The position numbers and the translations under genes are program-made. The notes under the pieces were generated by a model that worked only from the letters and a program-made list of their open reading frames with translations, was not told the DNA's origin and did not search any database. A DNA stretch of 64,000 nt from Candidatus Moraniibacteriota bacterium (lineage in GTDB: Bacteria > Patescibacteriota > Minisyncoccia > Moranbacterales > GWC2-37-73), in assembly GCA_003507445.1 (NCBI GenBank), contig DNVR01000004.1, positions 28,243 to 92,242 on the forward strand, given 5' to 3'. Of the stretch, positions 10,415-19,506 are shown in pieces. How positions within the stretch are numbered: the first letter of the stretch is position 1; each line of letters begins with the position of its first letter.

Positions 10415-11193
10415 TTTTGTATATTTATAATCTTAAAATTTGGCACATCCTTTTCAAGCGTTAGAGATTTTATTATTTGATATTCAATACCATTTACTGT
10501 TTTTGAAAAATCAACAGTATGATAATGACCGGAAAAAACATACTTCACGTTTCCTGCTTCTTCAATGATTTTTTGAAATTCGTCGTACACAGGATGCCTT
10601 TTTTCCAAATCAGACTCACTATAAATAGGATGATGCATTGCTATTATGATATCCTTTTCAGTTTTAAGTGTTTCTTTTAGCCATAATGTTTGCTCCGAGG
10701 AAATTCCCCCAGTATTAGTAGGGTCTATTTCCGAACTATCTAAAACAATTATTCGCCAAGAACCTTTATCCACAAAATAATAATATTTGCCTTTCAAACC
10801 AAAATTTCGCATTACATTAGTTTTTTCTCTATCATGATTTCCCTTAACCCAAATAACCTCAACTTTATTTTCATTGGCAATTTTAACCAAGGTATCGGCA
10901 TATTGATTTTTCCCATTATTAGTATTGTCGCCAATCGCTAGTACGAAATCAACCTTTTCTTTTTTCATTTCAAGCAATGTTTTCAGGAAAAGCTTTTTGT
11001 ATTCCCGCGGAAAACCATAATCCACACCATCAATATTAAATCTGGTTTTTTCATTGCCAGCATGAATATCCGTAACCAGCCCTATCTTATAATCAGATTT
11101 TTCTGTTCTTTTATTGTTCAAAAAAACTATCAATGCTATCAAAAAAAAGCCCAGTAAAAGCCAAATTATTGTCCTTTTGAATTGTTTTGGCAT
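10411..11193 (-). CDS. membrane-anchored metallophosphoesterase (calcineurin-like)
   Basis: 260 aa with an N-terminal TM anchor. Motifs present are GLVTDIHAG, GDNTNNG, VKGNHD and GHYH. Confidence 0.7.
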   Translation of the reverse strand: MPKQFKRTIIWLLLGFFLIALIVFLNNKRTEKSDYKIGLVTDIHAGNEKTRFNIDGVDYGFPREYKKLFLKTLLEMKKEKVDFVLAIGDNTNNGKNQYADTLVKIANENKVEVIWVKGNHDREKTNVMRNFGLKGKYYYFVDKGSWRIIVLDSSEIDPTNTGGISSEQTLWLKETLKTEKDIIIAMHHPIYSESDLEKRHPVYDEFQKIIEEAGNVKYVFSGHYHTVDFSKTVNGIEYQIIKSLTLEKDVPNFKIINIQK

Positions 11194-11538
11194 TACATTT
11201 ACTATTAAACAAATATGATGTAATTATATCTCCTAATTAGCAAAAAAACAACCCTCGAAAGAGCTTTCAAAAAACAAAGTTTTGTGCTAGGCTTGGACTA
11301 GTTAAAATATATCATACGCAATATACGGTTTTAAAAAAATAGCTTTGAAATTTTTGTTTGCCTGTTTTCTTTTTGGCCAATTATTGCGACAGCAATTCTT
11401 TGAGTTGGCGGCCATAGTCTTGGGTCAAAAACGTGCTCAAAAAGGAAATAGGCAAACAAAAATTAAGGGCTGCATTTAAAGCCATACAATGAACACAACC
11501 CCTTAAAATATAATAAAAATACTTTCAATACTATTTAT

Positions 11539-13347
11539 ATGTACAAAAAAATATTCGTACCAGCTATCATTTTATTGGTCTTAGGAACAAATCTCTTTTT
11601 AGGACTAACCAGGCTTGAAAATTATTCAGCGGTAGATGAACCCTATTGGACTTATGGCAGAACTTCCAAGTTTTGGGAATCAGTCAAAGATGCAAATTGG
11701 AGCAAAACTGACGTCAACGATAAACCAGGAATCACAGTGGCAATCCTGTCTGGCTTTGGACTGTTAAAATATGACCCAATATTATACAAAAATCTTCGCG
11801 AAAAACCAAAGACAGACGAGCAACTAATGATCATAAACGACATTAATTTTTATTTCCGTCTGCCAATCTTTCTTTTTACTTTAGCAATGCTCCCACTCTT
11901 TTACTTTTTTCTAAAAAAACTTTTTGGCAAAACAATTGCACTGATCTCATTTGTTCTGATCGGTTTTTCTCCAGTTTTATTAGGCGTTTCCCTTATAATA
12001 AACCCCGATTCCCTGCTTTGGATTTTTATGCCACTTTCACTTTTGGCTTATTTTATTTTCCTGAAAGAAAAAAATCTGAATTATCTTTTAGTAAGTGGTG
12101 TTTTTCTGGGCTTTTCCCTGCTTACTAAATATGTTTCAAACCTTCTGATTATTTTTTATCTGCTATTGCCATTTTCTGAATATATTTTTTCCAATGAAAA
12201 TAAGGAACCGCTCAGGGCATATTTCAAACGTGCGATTATTGATTATCTGACTTTGATTTTCTTTGCAACTTTCATTTATTTTATTTTCTTTCCAGCTACT
12301 TGGATTAACTTAGAAAAATTATTAGAAGGAACTTTTCTTAGTAAAGCCTTTGAATCAACTTGGCCAATCTTTGCAGCTTTCTTTATTTTTCTTGGTCTAG
12401 ATTGGCTCGTATTAAAAAGCAAAGTTACCGGATGGATTCTGGAAAAAATATCACGTTTCAAGAACATATTATTTATTGGTCTTTCTGTTTTCTTTGTTTT
12501 GATTATTATTTTTACCCTTTTTGATACTTATCTTGGAATGCGTCCATTTGATTTTCCAACAATTGCCGCTTCACCAAAAAATTCACAGAGTAACCCATTG
12601 CTTGCAATGAAATCTGTTGGTAACATTGTGACCGATTTTTATGGATTGATTTTTAGCATTTCCCCACTAGCTCTTTTTGGTCTTCTTTTTGGAGTTGCTT
12701 CCATTGTTATAAAGAAGAAATTTTCTTATTCCCGAATTAACCTAACTGTTTTTTATTTAGCATCTCTTATTGTTTTTTATTATCTCGCCTCAACTGTCAA
12801 TCACGTTGTTGCCACTGTCCGTTATCAAATTGCTCTATATCCTTTGGCTTTTATTATCGCCGCTATCGGTATTTATAAATTTTTAGAATTTTTAAAATTA
12901 ACAGAGCCGAAACACAAAGCAATCGCCATTGGAGCAACTGCTGTTTTTTCATTAATTGGAATTTTTGCCAGTAACCCACATTTCCTAACCTACTCATCCT
13001 CACTGCTTCCTGATGCTTATATTGCCAATTACAAAGGAATGGGTGACGGGAGTTATGAAGCCGGACAATATTTAAATACCCTGCCCAATGCTCGTGAAAT
13101 AAATGTTTGGTCAGACAAAGGAGCTGTGTGCGCAGTTTTTGTCGGCAAATGCTACACGGGATACAACGCCAAAGAATTAAAGACTGTTGACTTCAAATAT
13201 TATGTTGTTTCGACTGACAGAGAATCTAAATTTTCAGCGCGTCTAGATTTCAGAAAAGCTTATGATTCTGAAAGTTTTGAGCACATTACTATTTTAGACA
13301 ACAGACCAAACAACTTCGTGAAAGTAGTAGCCGCAGACAAGTTATAA
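11539..13347 (+). CDS. GT-C fold glycosyltransferase (GT39/PMT-like)
   Basis: 602 aa. An early loop AVDEPYWTYG carries the DE motif. The protein is polytopic with a C-terminal soluble domain. Confidence 0.6.
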   Translation: MYKKIFVPAIILLVLGTNLFLGLTRLENYSAVDEPYWTYGRTSKFWESVKDANWSKTDVNDKPGITVAILSGFGLLKYDPILYKNLREKPKTDEQLMIINDINFYFRLPIFLFTLAMLPLFYFFLKKLFGKTIALISFVLIGFSPVLLGVSLIINPDSLLWIFMPLSLLAYFIFLKEKNLNYLLVSGVFLGFSLLTKYVSNLLIIFYLLLPFSEYIFSNENKEPLRAYFKRAIIDYLTLIFFATFIYFIFFPATWINLEKLLEGTFLSKAFESTWPIFAAFFIFLGLDWLVLKSKVTGWILEKISRFKNILFIGLSVFFVLIIIFTLFDTYLGMRPFDFPTIAASPKNSQSNPLLAMKSVGNIVTDFYGLIFSISPLALFGLLFGVASIVIKKKFSYSRINLTVFYLASLIVFYYLASTVNHVVATVRYQIALYPLAFIIAAIGIYKFLEFLKLTEPKHKAIAIGATAVFSLIGIFASNPHFLTYSSSLLPDAYIANYKGMGDGSYEAGQYLNTLPNAREINVWSDKGAVCAVFVGKCYTGYNAKELKTVDFKYYVVSTDRESKFSARLDFRKAYDSESFEHITILDNRPNNFVKVVAADKL

Positions 13348-13377
13348 AACAAGTTTCCGCACTTAATTACTTCCACT

Positions 13378-13496
13378 ATGTCATTCTGAGCGTAGAGAAT
13401 CTGACTGAAAGGAAGATGAACGAAGTCGAAGAATCTGGGCCCAGATCTTTCGACTTCATTTCGACCTATTGGTCTCAATTCCGCTCAAGATGACAT
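13378..13496. repeat. 119-nt nested palindromic element (MITE/REP-like)
   Basis: Outer inverted repeats atgtcattctgagcg / cgctcaagatgacat. The inner near-perfect 36-bp palindrome gaagtcgaagaatctGGGCCCagatctttcgacttc is GC-rich relative to its flanks. Confidence 0.5.
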
Positions 13497-13524
13497 TTAC
13501 TAAGTTAACTTAGTATAATAAATA

Positions 13525-13560
13525 AAAAATTACCTCGATTACATATCGAGGTAATTTTTA
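13525..13560. terminator. bidirectional rho-independent terminator
   Basis: Stem AATTACCTCGAT / ATCGAGGTAATT with loop TACAT, flanked by an A-run and a T-run. It lies between convergent genes 11539..13347(+) and 13571..14632(-). Confidence 0.6.
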
Positions 13561-13570
13561 TTATTTCTTT

Positions 13571-14632
13571 TTATTTTACCACCGTATAATAAGATTTTTT
13601 TGATTTCTTGTTAGTTTTAGTGTCCAAGGCGTACCAATTATATTTACCGGGAGACTTGCCAACAATTTTATTTTTTACAGAAAATTTCCCATTTTTATCA
13701 GTTACAGTCTTTTTTGCTAATTCATAGCTACCATCTGCTTTGGAAAAAAACAATTGTACCTCACTTTTCTTTGAGAAATTACTTCCGCTTTGTTTCAAGA
13801 CAACTCCATTTTTTGCCTTAGCTCTTGAAATCTTGACCGTTCTTGGGTCCCCAGAATTATATGAAATGGATTTTGCTTTGGTATAATTAACAGAATAATT
13901 GTCCAAATCAACAATGCCATACGATCTGTTTTCATTTTTTTTGTTCAGTGGCTGAAGTATTTTATATTTCACACCATTAAATTCTGTTTCATAATTTTCA
14001 TGAAAATGACCAAACAAAACCAGCTTAACATTCCCACTTGTGCTTACAATGTTTTCAAATTCCTTATACCTGTCGAGCAAAAGACGCCCCTCACTGCTTC
14101 TTGAGAAAATTGGAATGTGCATAGAAATCACAACATCATTCGAAGTCAAAAGAGCTTGCTTTAACCAATCAATTTGTTCCTGCGGCAAATCGCCATAAAA
14201 ATCATTATAGATGGAAGTATTATCCAGAACAATTATCCTTGTGTTTTCATAGTCTTTGTAAAAATAAGTGCTGCCAAATTTTTTCATTGCATCCTTTTTA
14301 TCATGATTTCCCTTGACCCAAATCATATTCATTTTATATTTTTTTGCGATCTTCTTCATCTCATCGACATATTTTTTTTCGCCAAGATTAAGCATATCCC
14401 CACTGACTATAACCGTATTGATTGACTTCTTTTTCATTTCACTCAAAACACTATTGAGTGATTCTGCATATTTTTTTGGTTCTTGAATGTTCCCAACCTT
14501 ACTGTCCTCATTTCTGACACTCGCACTTCCCGCGTGAATATCAGAAATCCAACCTACACTTTTTGCATAGCTAAATTGCGGAAACAAAAGAAAAACCAAG
14601 GATAATAACAGAAATAATTTTACTTTTTTCAT
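13571..14632 (-). CDS. secreted metallophosphoesterase with C-terminal beta-rich extension
   Basis: 353 aa with a signal peptide. Motifs GWISDIHAG, GDMLNLG, VKGNHD and GHFH are present. It is a paralog of 10411..11193. Confidence 0.7.
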   Translation of the reverse strand: MKKVKLFLLLSLVFLLFPQFSYAKSVGWISDIHAGSASVRNEDSKVGNIQEPKKYAESLNSVLSEMKKKSINTVIVSGDMLNLGEKKYVDEMKKIAKKYKMNMIWVKGNHDKKDAMKKFGSTYFYKDYENTRIIVLDNTSIYNDFYGDLPQEQIDWLKQALLTSNDVVISMHIPIFSRSSEGRLLLDRYKEFENIVSTSGNVKLVLFGHFHENYETEFNGVKYKILQPLNKKNENRSYGIVDLDNYSVNYTKAKSISYNSGDPRTVKISRAKAKNGVVLKQSGSNFSKKSEVQLFFSKADGSYELAKKTVTDKNGKFSVKNKIVGKSPGKYNWYALDTKTNKKSKKSYYTVVK

Positions 14633-14722
14633 TGATTATTAATTTAAAAAATAATGATTAATTAAGTTTTTTTATTATATCACCCTTTAACGCAAAAGCA
14701 TACTGTACCATTTAGTATTGCT

Positions 14723-15658
14723 TTAATTCTTTTTGCTTCTCAAATACGCTGGTAGCGCAGCAAAACTGACAATCATCTGCAAAACTCTACTAAGAAGTGC
14801 TACGGTAACAACTGCTGATGCAGAAACCCCGAAAAAACCAAAAAATGTTACATATCCCCACTCCTTAAGACCAATATTATTTATACTGATTGGCAAAGCA
14901 GAAATTATGCTTATAAGAAAAATGACTGAAAGATATTGCATTATTCCAACCGTTATTCCAAGTCCGGAAAAAAGAACCCAATTAACCAACGCCAACCCAA
15001 CAAAACTAAACAAAACAGAAATTCCAATCGCTTTGAGATACACATTGTCCTGTCTATAATGTACGAGTTCCTGAGCAAAATCTTGAATAATTTTTGGAAA
15101 TTTAACCGCAATTTTTTTCCAGAATGAAAATCTAGTCAACACCCCAAAAAGAATAATTCCATGCATTGCAATAAGCACACCAATAATTGCCAATCGAAGT
15201 TCCGGATATTTCGAAATCTCGCTCCATTGAAAAATCGCAACCACTCCCGTAAGCAACATTACCGCAAAAAGCCCCGTTATACGATCAAAAACCACGCTTG
15301 AGCTAACTGCAGAATATTTCTGAGTTTCTTTACCAACCTGATACGCACGATAAGTATCCCCTCCGATTGTGGAAGGCATAAAATTATTAATAAAAGCTCC
15401 CGTCAGATAAAGTTGGAAACTTTTTTTCAAACTAATGGAAATATCTTTGTGTGCAAGTAGCATCTTCCATTTCCAAGCTGAAATCATCATTCCCAAGAGA
15501 AGCACAGCGACATACAAAACAATATAGCCCAAAGAAATTTTTGAAGCATACACAAAAACTTCCTGCCACTCAATTTTAAAAACAAGCCAAATAACAAAGG
15601 CCGAGCTAACGATTAACTTCAAAACAAACTTTAATATTTTTTTATAATCAACTTTCAT
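14723..15658 (-). CDS. flippase-like domain membrane protein (UPF0104 / LPG-synthase TM family)
   Basis: 311 aa with about 8 TM helices and the motif FMPSTIGGDTYRAYQ. Such proteins commonly sit next to glycosyltransferases. Confidence 0.5.
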   Translation of the reverse strand: MKVDYKKILKFVLKLIVSSAFVIWLVFKIEWQEVFVYASKISLGYIVLYVAVLLLGMMISAWKWKMLLAHKDISISLKKSFQLYLTGAFINNFMPSTIGGDTYRAYQVGKETQKYSAVSSSVVFDRITGLFAVMLLTGVVAIFQWSEISKYPELRLAIIGVLIAMHGIILFGVLTRFSFWKKIAVKFPKIIQDFAQELVHYRQDNVYLKAIGISVLFSFVGLALVNWVLFSGLGITVGIMQYLSVIFLISIISALPISINNIGLKEWGYVTFFGFFGVSASAVVTVALLSRVLQMIVSFAALPAYLRSKKN

Positions 15659-16806
15659 TTATTTGATGTCTTTTTATAAAGTTCAACGTACTCGTCAGCC
15701 ACTTTTCCCCAACTCAAAGTTTGAGCTAGTTTTCGACTTTCTAAACTCATTGCTTTTTCCAATTCAGGATTTAAAATTAATTTTTCAATTTTTTCAGCCA
15801 AATCATTTGAATCCTTCATCCTAACAACCAACCCATTTACATTATTAGTAAGAAGTTCTTTGGTGCCACCTGTGTCAGTTGCAACCACAGGCAAGCCAAC
15901 AGCCAACGCTTCAAGCATCACATTACTCATTCCTTCATTAAGAGAAGGAAGCACAAAGATATTGGCTCGCTGATAATATGCAAGCACATTTTCATGAGCG
16001 ATTGCCCCTGCAAACTCAACTTTATCTTCAATACCAAGACTCCAAACCAAATCTTCGAGTGATTTTTTTTCATTACCATCACCCACGATTAATAATCTTA
16101 ATTGGTCATACCTTCCGGAAAGAGTTTCAAAAGCTTGAATCAAAAAACGAATACCTTTTCTCGGTGTAACACGTGAAACGCAAATAATTGTAAAGTGTTC
16201 AGGATTACGCATGCTTAAGTCAGCAACAAATTCCTCGATATCAACACCATTATAAATAACACCTATTTCTTTTTTTGTTTCAGATTTTAAAGCTAATTCT
16301 TTAAGTCCCTGACTATTAGCAACAACAAAAGTGGCGCCTTTCCATATTCTCAAAATAGTTGGCGTGATCCACCTATAAAGTCCAACAAAACGTTCGCTAT
16401 AGCCGGGAACATCGCTGCCACGAAGTGAAATAATGTATGGCAATTTAAATTCCCATTTTAAAAGCATTGAGATTGCTCCACATGGCACCGAAAAAAATGA
16501 ATGTGTAAGGTTATAATTATTTTTCTTGGCAAGTTTACGTGCAAACCAATAAGCATTCCATGTGTATAAAATTAAATCTTTTTTTGTTTGATAATGAATG
16601 TTGTCAGCATTCTTGCCGATCGGGAGTCGATGAATATTAATATTTTCTCCCATTTTTAAAAGATGATATTTTTCATCGACTGAAGCCGTCACAAAATCAA
16701 CCTGAACTTCCGGATTTTTAGCATATTCGCGCAACAAATAAAAAGAAGCATTTCCCGCTCCCCCACCCAACGGTGGAAATTCATAATTGAAAAAAAGTAT
16801 CTTCAT
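15655..16806 (-). CDS. GT4-family glycosyltransferase
   Basis: 383 aa. N-terminal FPPLGGGAGNASFYL and C-terminal EGMSNVMLEALAVGLPVVATDTGG (the E-x7-E region) are present. Confidence 0.75.
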   Translation of the reverse strand: MKILFFNYEFPPLGGGAGNASFYLLREYAKNPEVQVDFVTASVDEKYHLLKMGENINIHRLPIGKNADNIHYQTKKDLILYTWNAYWFARKLAKKNNYNLTHSFFSVPCGAISMLLKWEFKLPYIISLRGSDVPGYSERFVGLYRWITPTILRIWKGATFVVANSQGLKELALKSETKKEIGVIYNGVDIEEFVADLSMRNPEHFTIICVSRVTPRKGIRFLIQAFETLSGRYDQLRLLIVGDGNEKKSLEDLVWSLGIEDKVEFAGAIAHENVLAYYQRANIFVLPSLNEGMSNVMLEALAVGLPVVATDTGGTKELLTNNVNGLVVRMKDSNDLAEKIEKLILNPELEKAMSLESRKLAQTLSWGKVADEYVELYKKTSNK

Positions 16807-16813
16807 TTATCAT

Positions 16814-16900
16814 GTAGCATATAACATGTAACAGAAATACAAATGCAAGCGAACCTGCAAAAAATCTTTTGTTATATGCTATATGTTTTATGTTATATGA
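16814..16900. repeat. AT-rich inverted-repeat element (CATATAACATATAGCATATAACA family)
   Basis: 12-bp perfect arms tagcatataaca (16816-16827) and tgttatatgcta (16871-16882), separated by 43 nt. The same core motif occurs at 3825-3850 and 22720-22797. Confidence 0.5.
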
Positions 16901-16952
16901 GTTTATTCTACCACCTTTTCTCCGCTTTCTCAAGGCCAAAATGGCGCCCATA

Positions 16953-16981
16953 TTGACACGTTGCCCGTTTAGGTGTATAAT
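16953..16981 (+). promoter_or_regulatory. sigma70-type promoter, perfect consensus TTGACA-17-TATAAT
   Basis: TTGACA at 16953-16958, a 17-nt spacer, then TATAAT at 16976-16981. It lies 55 nt upstream of ATG 17036, which has a GGGGG Shine-Dalgarno at 17023-17028. Confidence 0.6.
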
Positions 16982-17035
16982 AGCTGAAATACCAAAAAGT
17001 GCCCACAGCACTTTAAAAATCTAGGGGGTAGAACA

Positions 17036-17392
17036 ATGCCACAGTCGCTTAGCAATGCAAGGATGACCAGAATTAATACAAGATCAGTTTTAATGTTGGT
17101 ATCTGCAGTTATTGGTAAATTTTTGGAAGACAATCCTGATTTTAATTTAGGAATCAGTCTCCATATTTTATCAAACAATCCCAATATAAAAGCCAGGGAC
17201 AACGACCACGCACAGCGACTTATGTTGGAAATGCTTCAAGTGGAGGCACTTTTGGATGAGAATGTTCAAAAGAAAGTAGAGAAATTTATACTTAAAACCT
17301 ACCCAAGAGTAAGAGAAATCACCATTCAAGCATCAGAAACACACATAAACGCTGTGTGCTTAATTACTGCAACTCCAAAATTACAGTATTGA
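17036..17392 (+). CDS. hypothetical protein (118 aa)
   Basis: Strong SD, a consensus promoter upstream, and visibly higher GC than its neighbours. No recognisable motif. Confidence 0.45.
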   Translation: MPQSLSNARMTRINTRSVLMLVSAVIGKFLEDNPDFNLGISLHILSNNPNIKARDNDHAQRLMLEMLQVEALLDENVQKKVEKFILKTYPRVREITIQASETHINAVCLITATPKLQY

Positions 17393-17405
17393 AAGGAGTA
17401 ACACC

Positions 17406-17693
17406 ATGTCTTTAAGGACAACAGATTTATTTTTTCAAAACGAGGATCTGTTCGATGCAGTCACGCTTCTCGGCCACATTGAAACCGAGCTAAAAAAAAC
17501 CTTCAACAAAAAAACATTGCGGGCCAAGATCGAACTCAGAACCTTTCCAAATGGCCCCGTAAAACTGTATGTAAAACGCGAACTTGAAAGGTTTGGCTGG
17601 GCCGCGGTTCACTTTTCAGTTGAAAACGACAAGGAGTTCGTGAACATGACCGCGGACTTCACAATCGAGGAGCAAAAACTCTATCTCTCATAA
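17406..17693 (+). CDS. hypothetical protein (95 aa)
   Basis: AAAGGAG SD at 17391-17397. It is translationally coupled to 17036..17392, has higher GC than its neighbours, and is followed by a strong terminator. Confidence 0.45.
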   Translation: MSLRTTDLFFQNEDLFDAVTLLGHIETELKKTFNKKTLRAKIELRTFPNGPVKLYVKRELERFGWAAVHFSVENDKEFVNMTADFTIEEQKLYLS

Positions 17694-17718
17694 AGACGGC
17701 TTCAACGTTCCAAAAAAA

Positions 17719-17754
17719 CAAAGACTTAGCAGAAACATGCTAAGTCTTTTTTAT
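17719..17754. terminator. bidirectional rho-independent terminator
   Basis: Stem AAGACTTAGCA / TGCTAAGTCTT with loop GAAACA, an A-run upstream and TTTTTT downstream. It lies between 17406..17693(+) and 17794..19119(-). Confidence 0.65.
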
Positions 17755-17793
17755 TTGCATTTTTCTAAGAAGCTAACGCCTAAAAAGCTAGCT

Positions 17794-19119
17794 TCAACGT
17801 CCTATCGATTTATAATCAAACCCCATCTCTTTCATTTTCTTGGGTTCATACAAGAGTCTGCCATCAAAAATCATTGGAGTTTTCAAAAGTTTTTTAATCT
17901 CATCAAAATCTGGTGTGCGGAATTCTTTCCATTCAGTAATAATAAGCATCGCATCAGCATCTTTAATCGCATCATATTTGTTTTCAAAATATGTAATGCT
18001 TGGATTTTCTCCAAAATATTCCTCACGCTGCGCCATTTTCATTGCTTCTGGATCATGTGCTTGAATTTTTGCTCCCCTTTTGATGAGTTCATTGATAATA
18101 GTAAGCGCTGAAGATTCGCGCATGTCATCAGTGCCGGCCTTAAAAGCCAATCCCCAAACACCAAAAACTTTTCCGATTAAATCTTCGCCCAAAGCATCAA
18201 CAACTATCTGTGACAAAACGAATTTCTGTTTGTCATTTGTTTTTAATGTTTGCATAAGCATCTCAGCATCATATCCAAAATCCTTGGCTGTTTTTACAAG
18301 CGCTTTTACATCTTTTGGAAAACAAGATCCACCAAACCCAGGACCAGCATACATAAACGGTTCGCCGATGCGCGGATCAGCGCCCATTGCCTTTCTAACG
18401 TGATCAAAATCAGCGCCAGCTTTTGAGCAGATGTTTGCTAATTCATTGTTCACAGAAATTTTGGCGGCCAAAAAACAATTTGAAGCATATTTTACAATCT
18501 CGGCTGTTTTTGGATCCATTGAAAAGAAACGTCCTTCACGTCTCATGAACGGTTCATATAGTTCGCGCATTGTTTCAATAACTTCTGCCGAGTCTGCTCC
18601 AATAACAATACGACTAGGCTCTAAGAAATCCTTGACCGCAGTTCCTTGCGCCAAAAATTCAGGATTACTAACAACAGAAAAAGGAATTTCAACCCCTCTT
18701 TTTTTAAGCTCTTGGGAAATATTTTTAGAAACTTTTTCAGCAGTTCCAACCGGCACAGTTGATTTGTCCACAATAATGAGCTCGTGATCCATCATTTGTC
18801 CAATTGAAGTTGCCACGCCAAGCACGTGAGAAAGGTCGGCGCTGCCATCTTCATTAGGAGGCGTTCCTACGGCGATAAAAAGAATGTCACATTTTTTAAG
18901 AGTGTCTTGCAGATCAGTCGTGAATGAAAGGGTTTTATTTTTCAAATTTCGCTCCACTAACTCATCCAAACCTTTCTCGTGAAGTGGAACTTTGCCAGAA
19001 GAAAACTGATCAACTTTTTTTTGATCATTGTCCACGCAAATCACCGTGTTTCCCATCTCTGCAAAACAAGCTCCCGTCACACTCCCAACATATCCCGTCC
19101 CAATAACTCCAATTTTCAT
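17794..19119 (-). CDS. ugd: UDP-glucose 6-dehydrogenase family nucleotide-sugar dehydrogenase
   Basis: 441 aa. N-terminal Rossmann motif MKIGVIGTGYVGSV, and GFGGSCFPKDV carrying the catalytic Cys, are present. Confidence 0.85.
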   Translation of the reverse strand: MKIGVIGTGYVGSVTGACFAEMGNTVICVDNDQKKVDQFSSGKVPLHEKGLDELVERNLKNKTLSFTTDLQDTLKKCDILFIAVGTPPNEDGSADLSHVLGVATSIGQMMDHELIIVDKSTVPVGTAEKVSKNISQELKKRGVEIPFSVVSNPEFLAQGTAVKDFLEPSRIVIGADSAEVIETMRELYEPFMRREGRFFSMDPKTAEIVKYASNCFLAAKISVNNELANICSKAGADFDHVRKAMGADPRIGEPFMYAGPGFGGSCFPKDVKALVKTAKDFGYDAEMLMQTLKTNDKQKFVLSQIVVDALGEDLIGKVFGVWGLAFKAGTDDMRESSALTIINELIKRGAKIQAHDPEAMKMAQREEYFGENPSITYFENKYDAIKDADAMLIITEWKEFRTPDFDEIKKLLKTPMIFDGRLLYEPKKMKEMGFDYKSIGR

Positions 19120-19159
19120 AATTTAAAATATTATACTAATTATATAAATTGCATACTCG

Positions 19160-19480
19160 CATTTTGCATTCCGCATTCCCTTTGCACCATATGAAGTACG
19201 TAGGCAAAAAACGAGTGATGAGCCATTCAAAGTCTCTTTCCTTATTCCTCCTCTCCTTAGATAAGGAGAGGATTGAGGTGAGGTTTGAGCAAAGCCTCGC
19301 TCCACCTCTCTGTCCCGATTCCGTATCGGGACATCTCTCCTGTCCAGGAGAGAATGATATGGAGGAAAACTTTTCTTTGAAGAACGAAGTTTTTGCCACA
19401 GTATCTTCATCAGGTGCGAGTTTTCTTTGCTCCACGTTTCTTTTGCGGAAAAAGAAATGTGGAAATGAGTTTGAATCCGT
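19160..19480. ncRNA. candidate structured noncoding element (unassigned)
   Basis: A 380-nt gap between the GT2 stop (19507) and the ugd start (19119). It is GC-richer than its flanks and packed with perfect hairpins: CCTCTCCTTA/TAAGGAGAGG, GTCCCGAT/ATCGGGAC, CTCTCCTG/CAGGAGAG and CACGTTTCTT/AAGAAATGTG. The overlapping ORFs are low-complexity with no SD. Confidence 0.2.
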
Positions 19481-19506
19481 TGATATTGCTAATGAATTCA
19501 AAGAAA

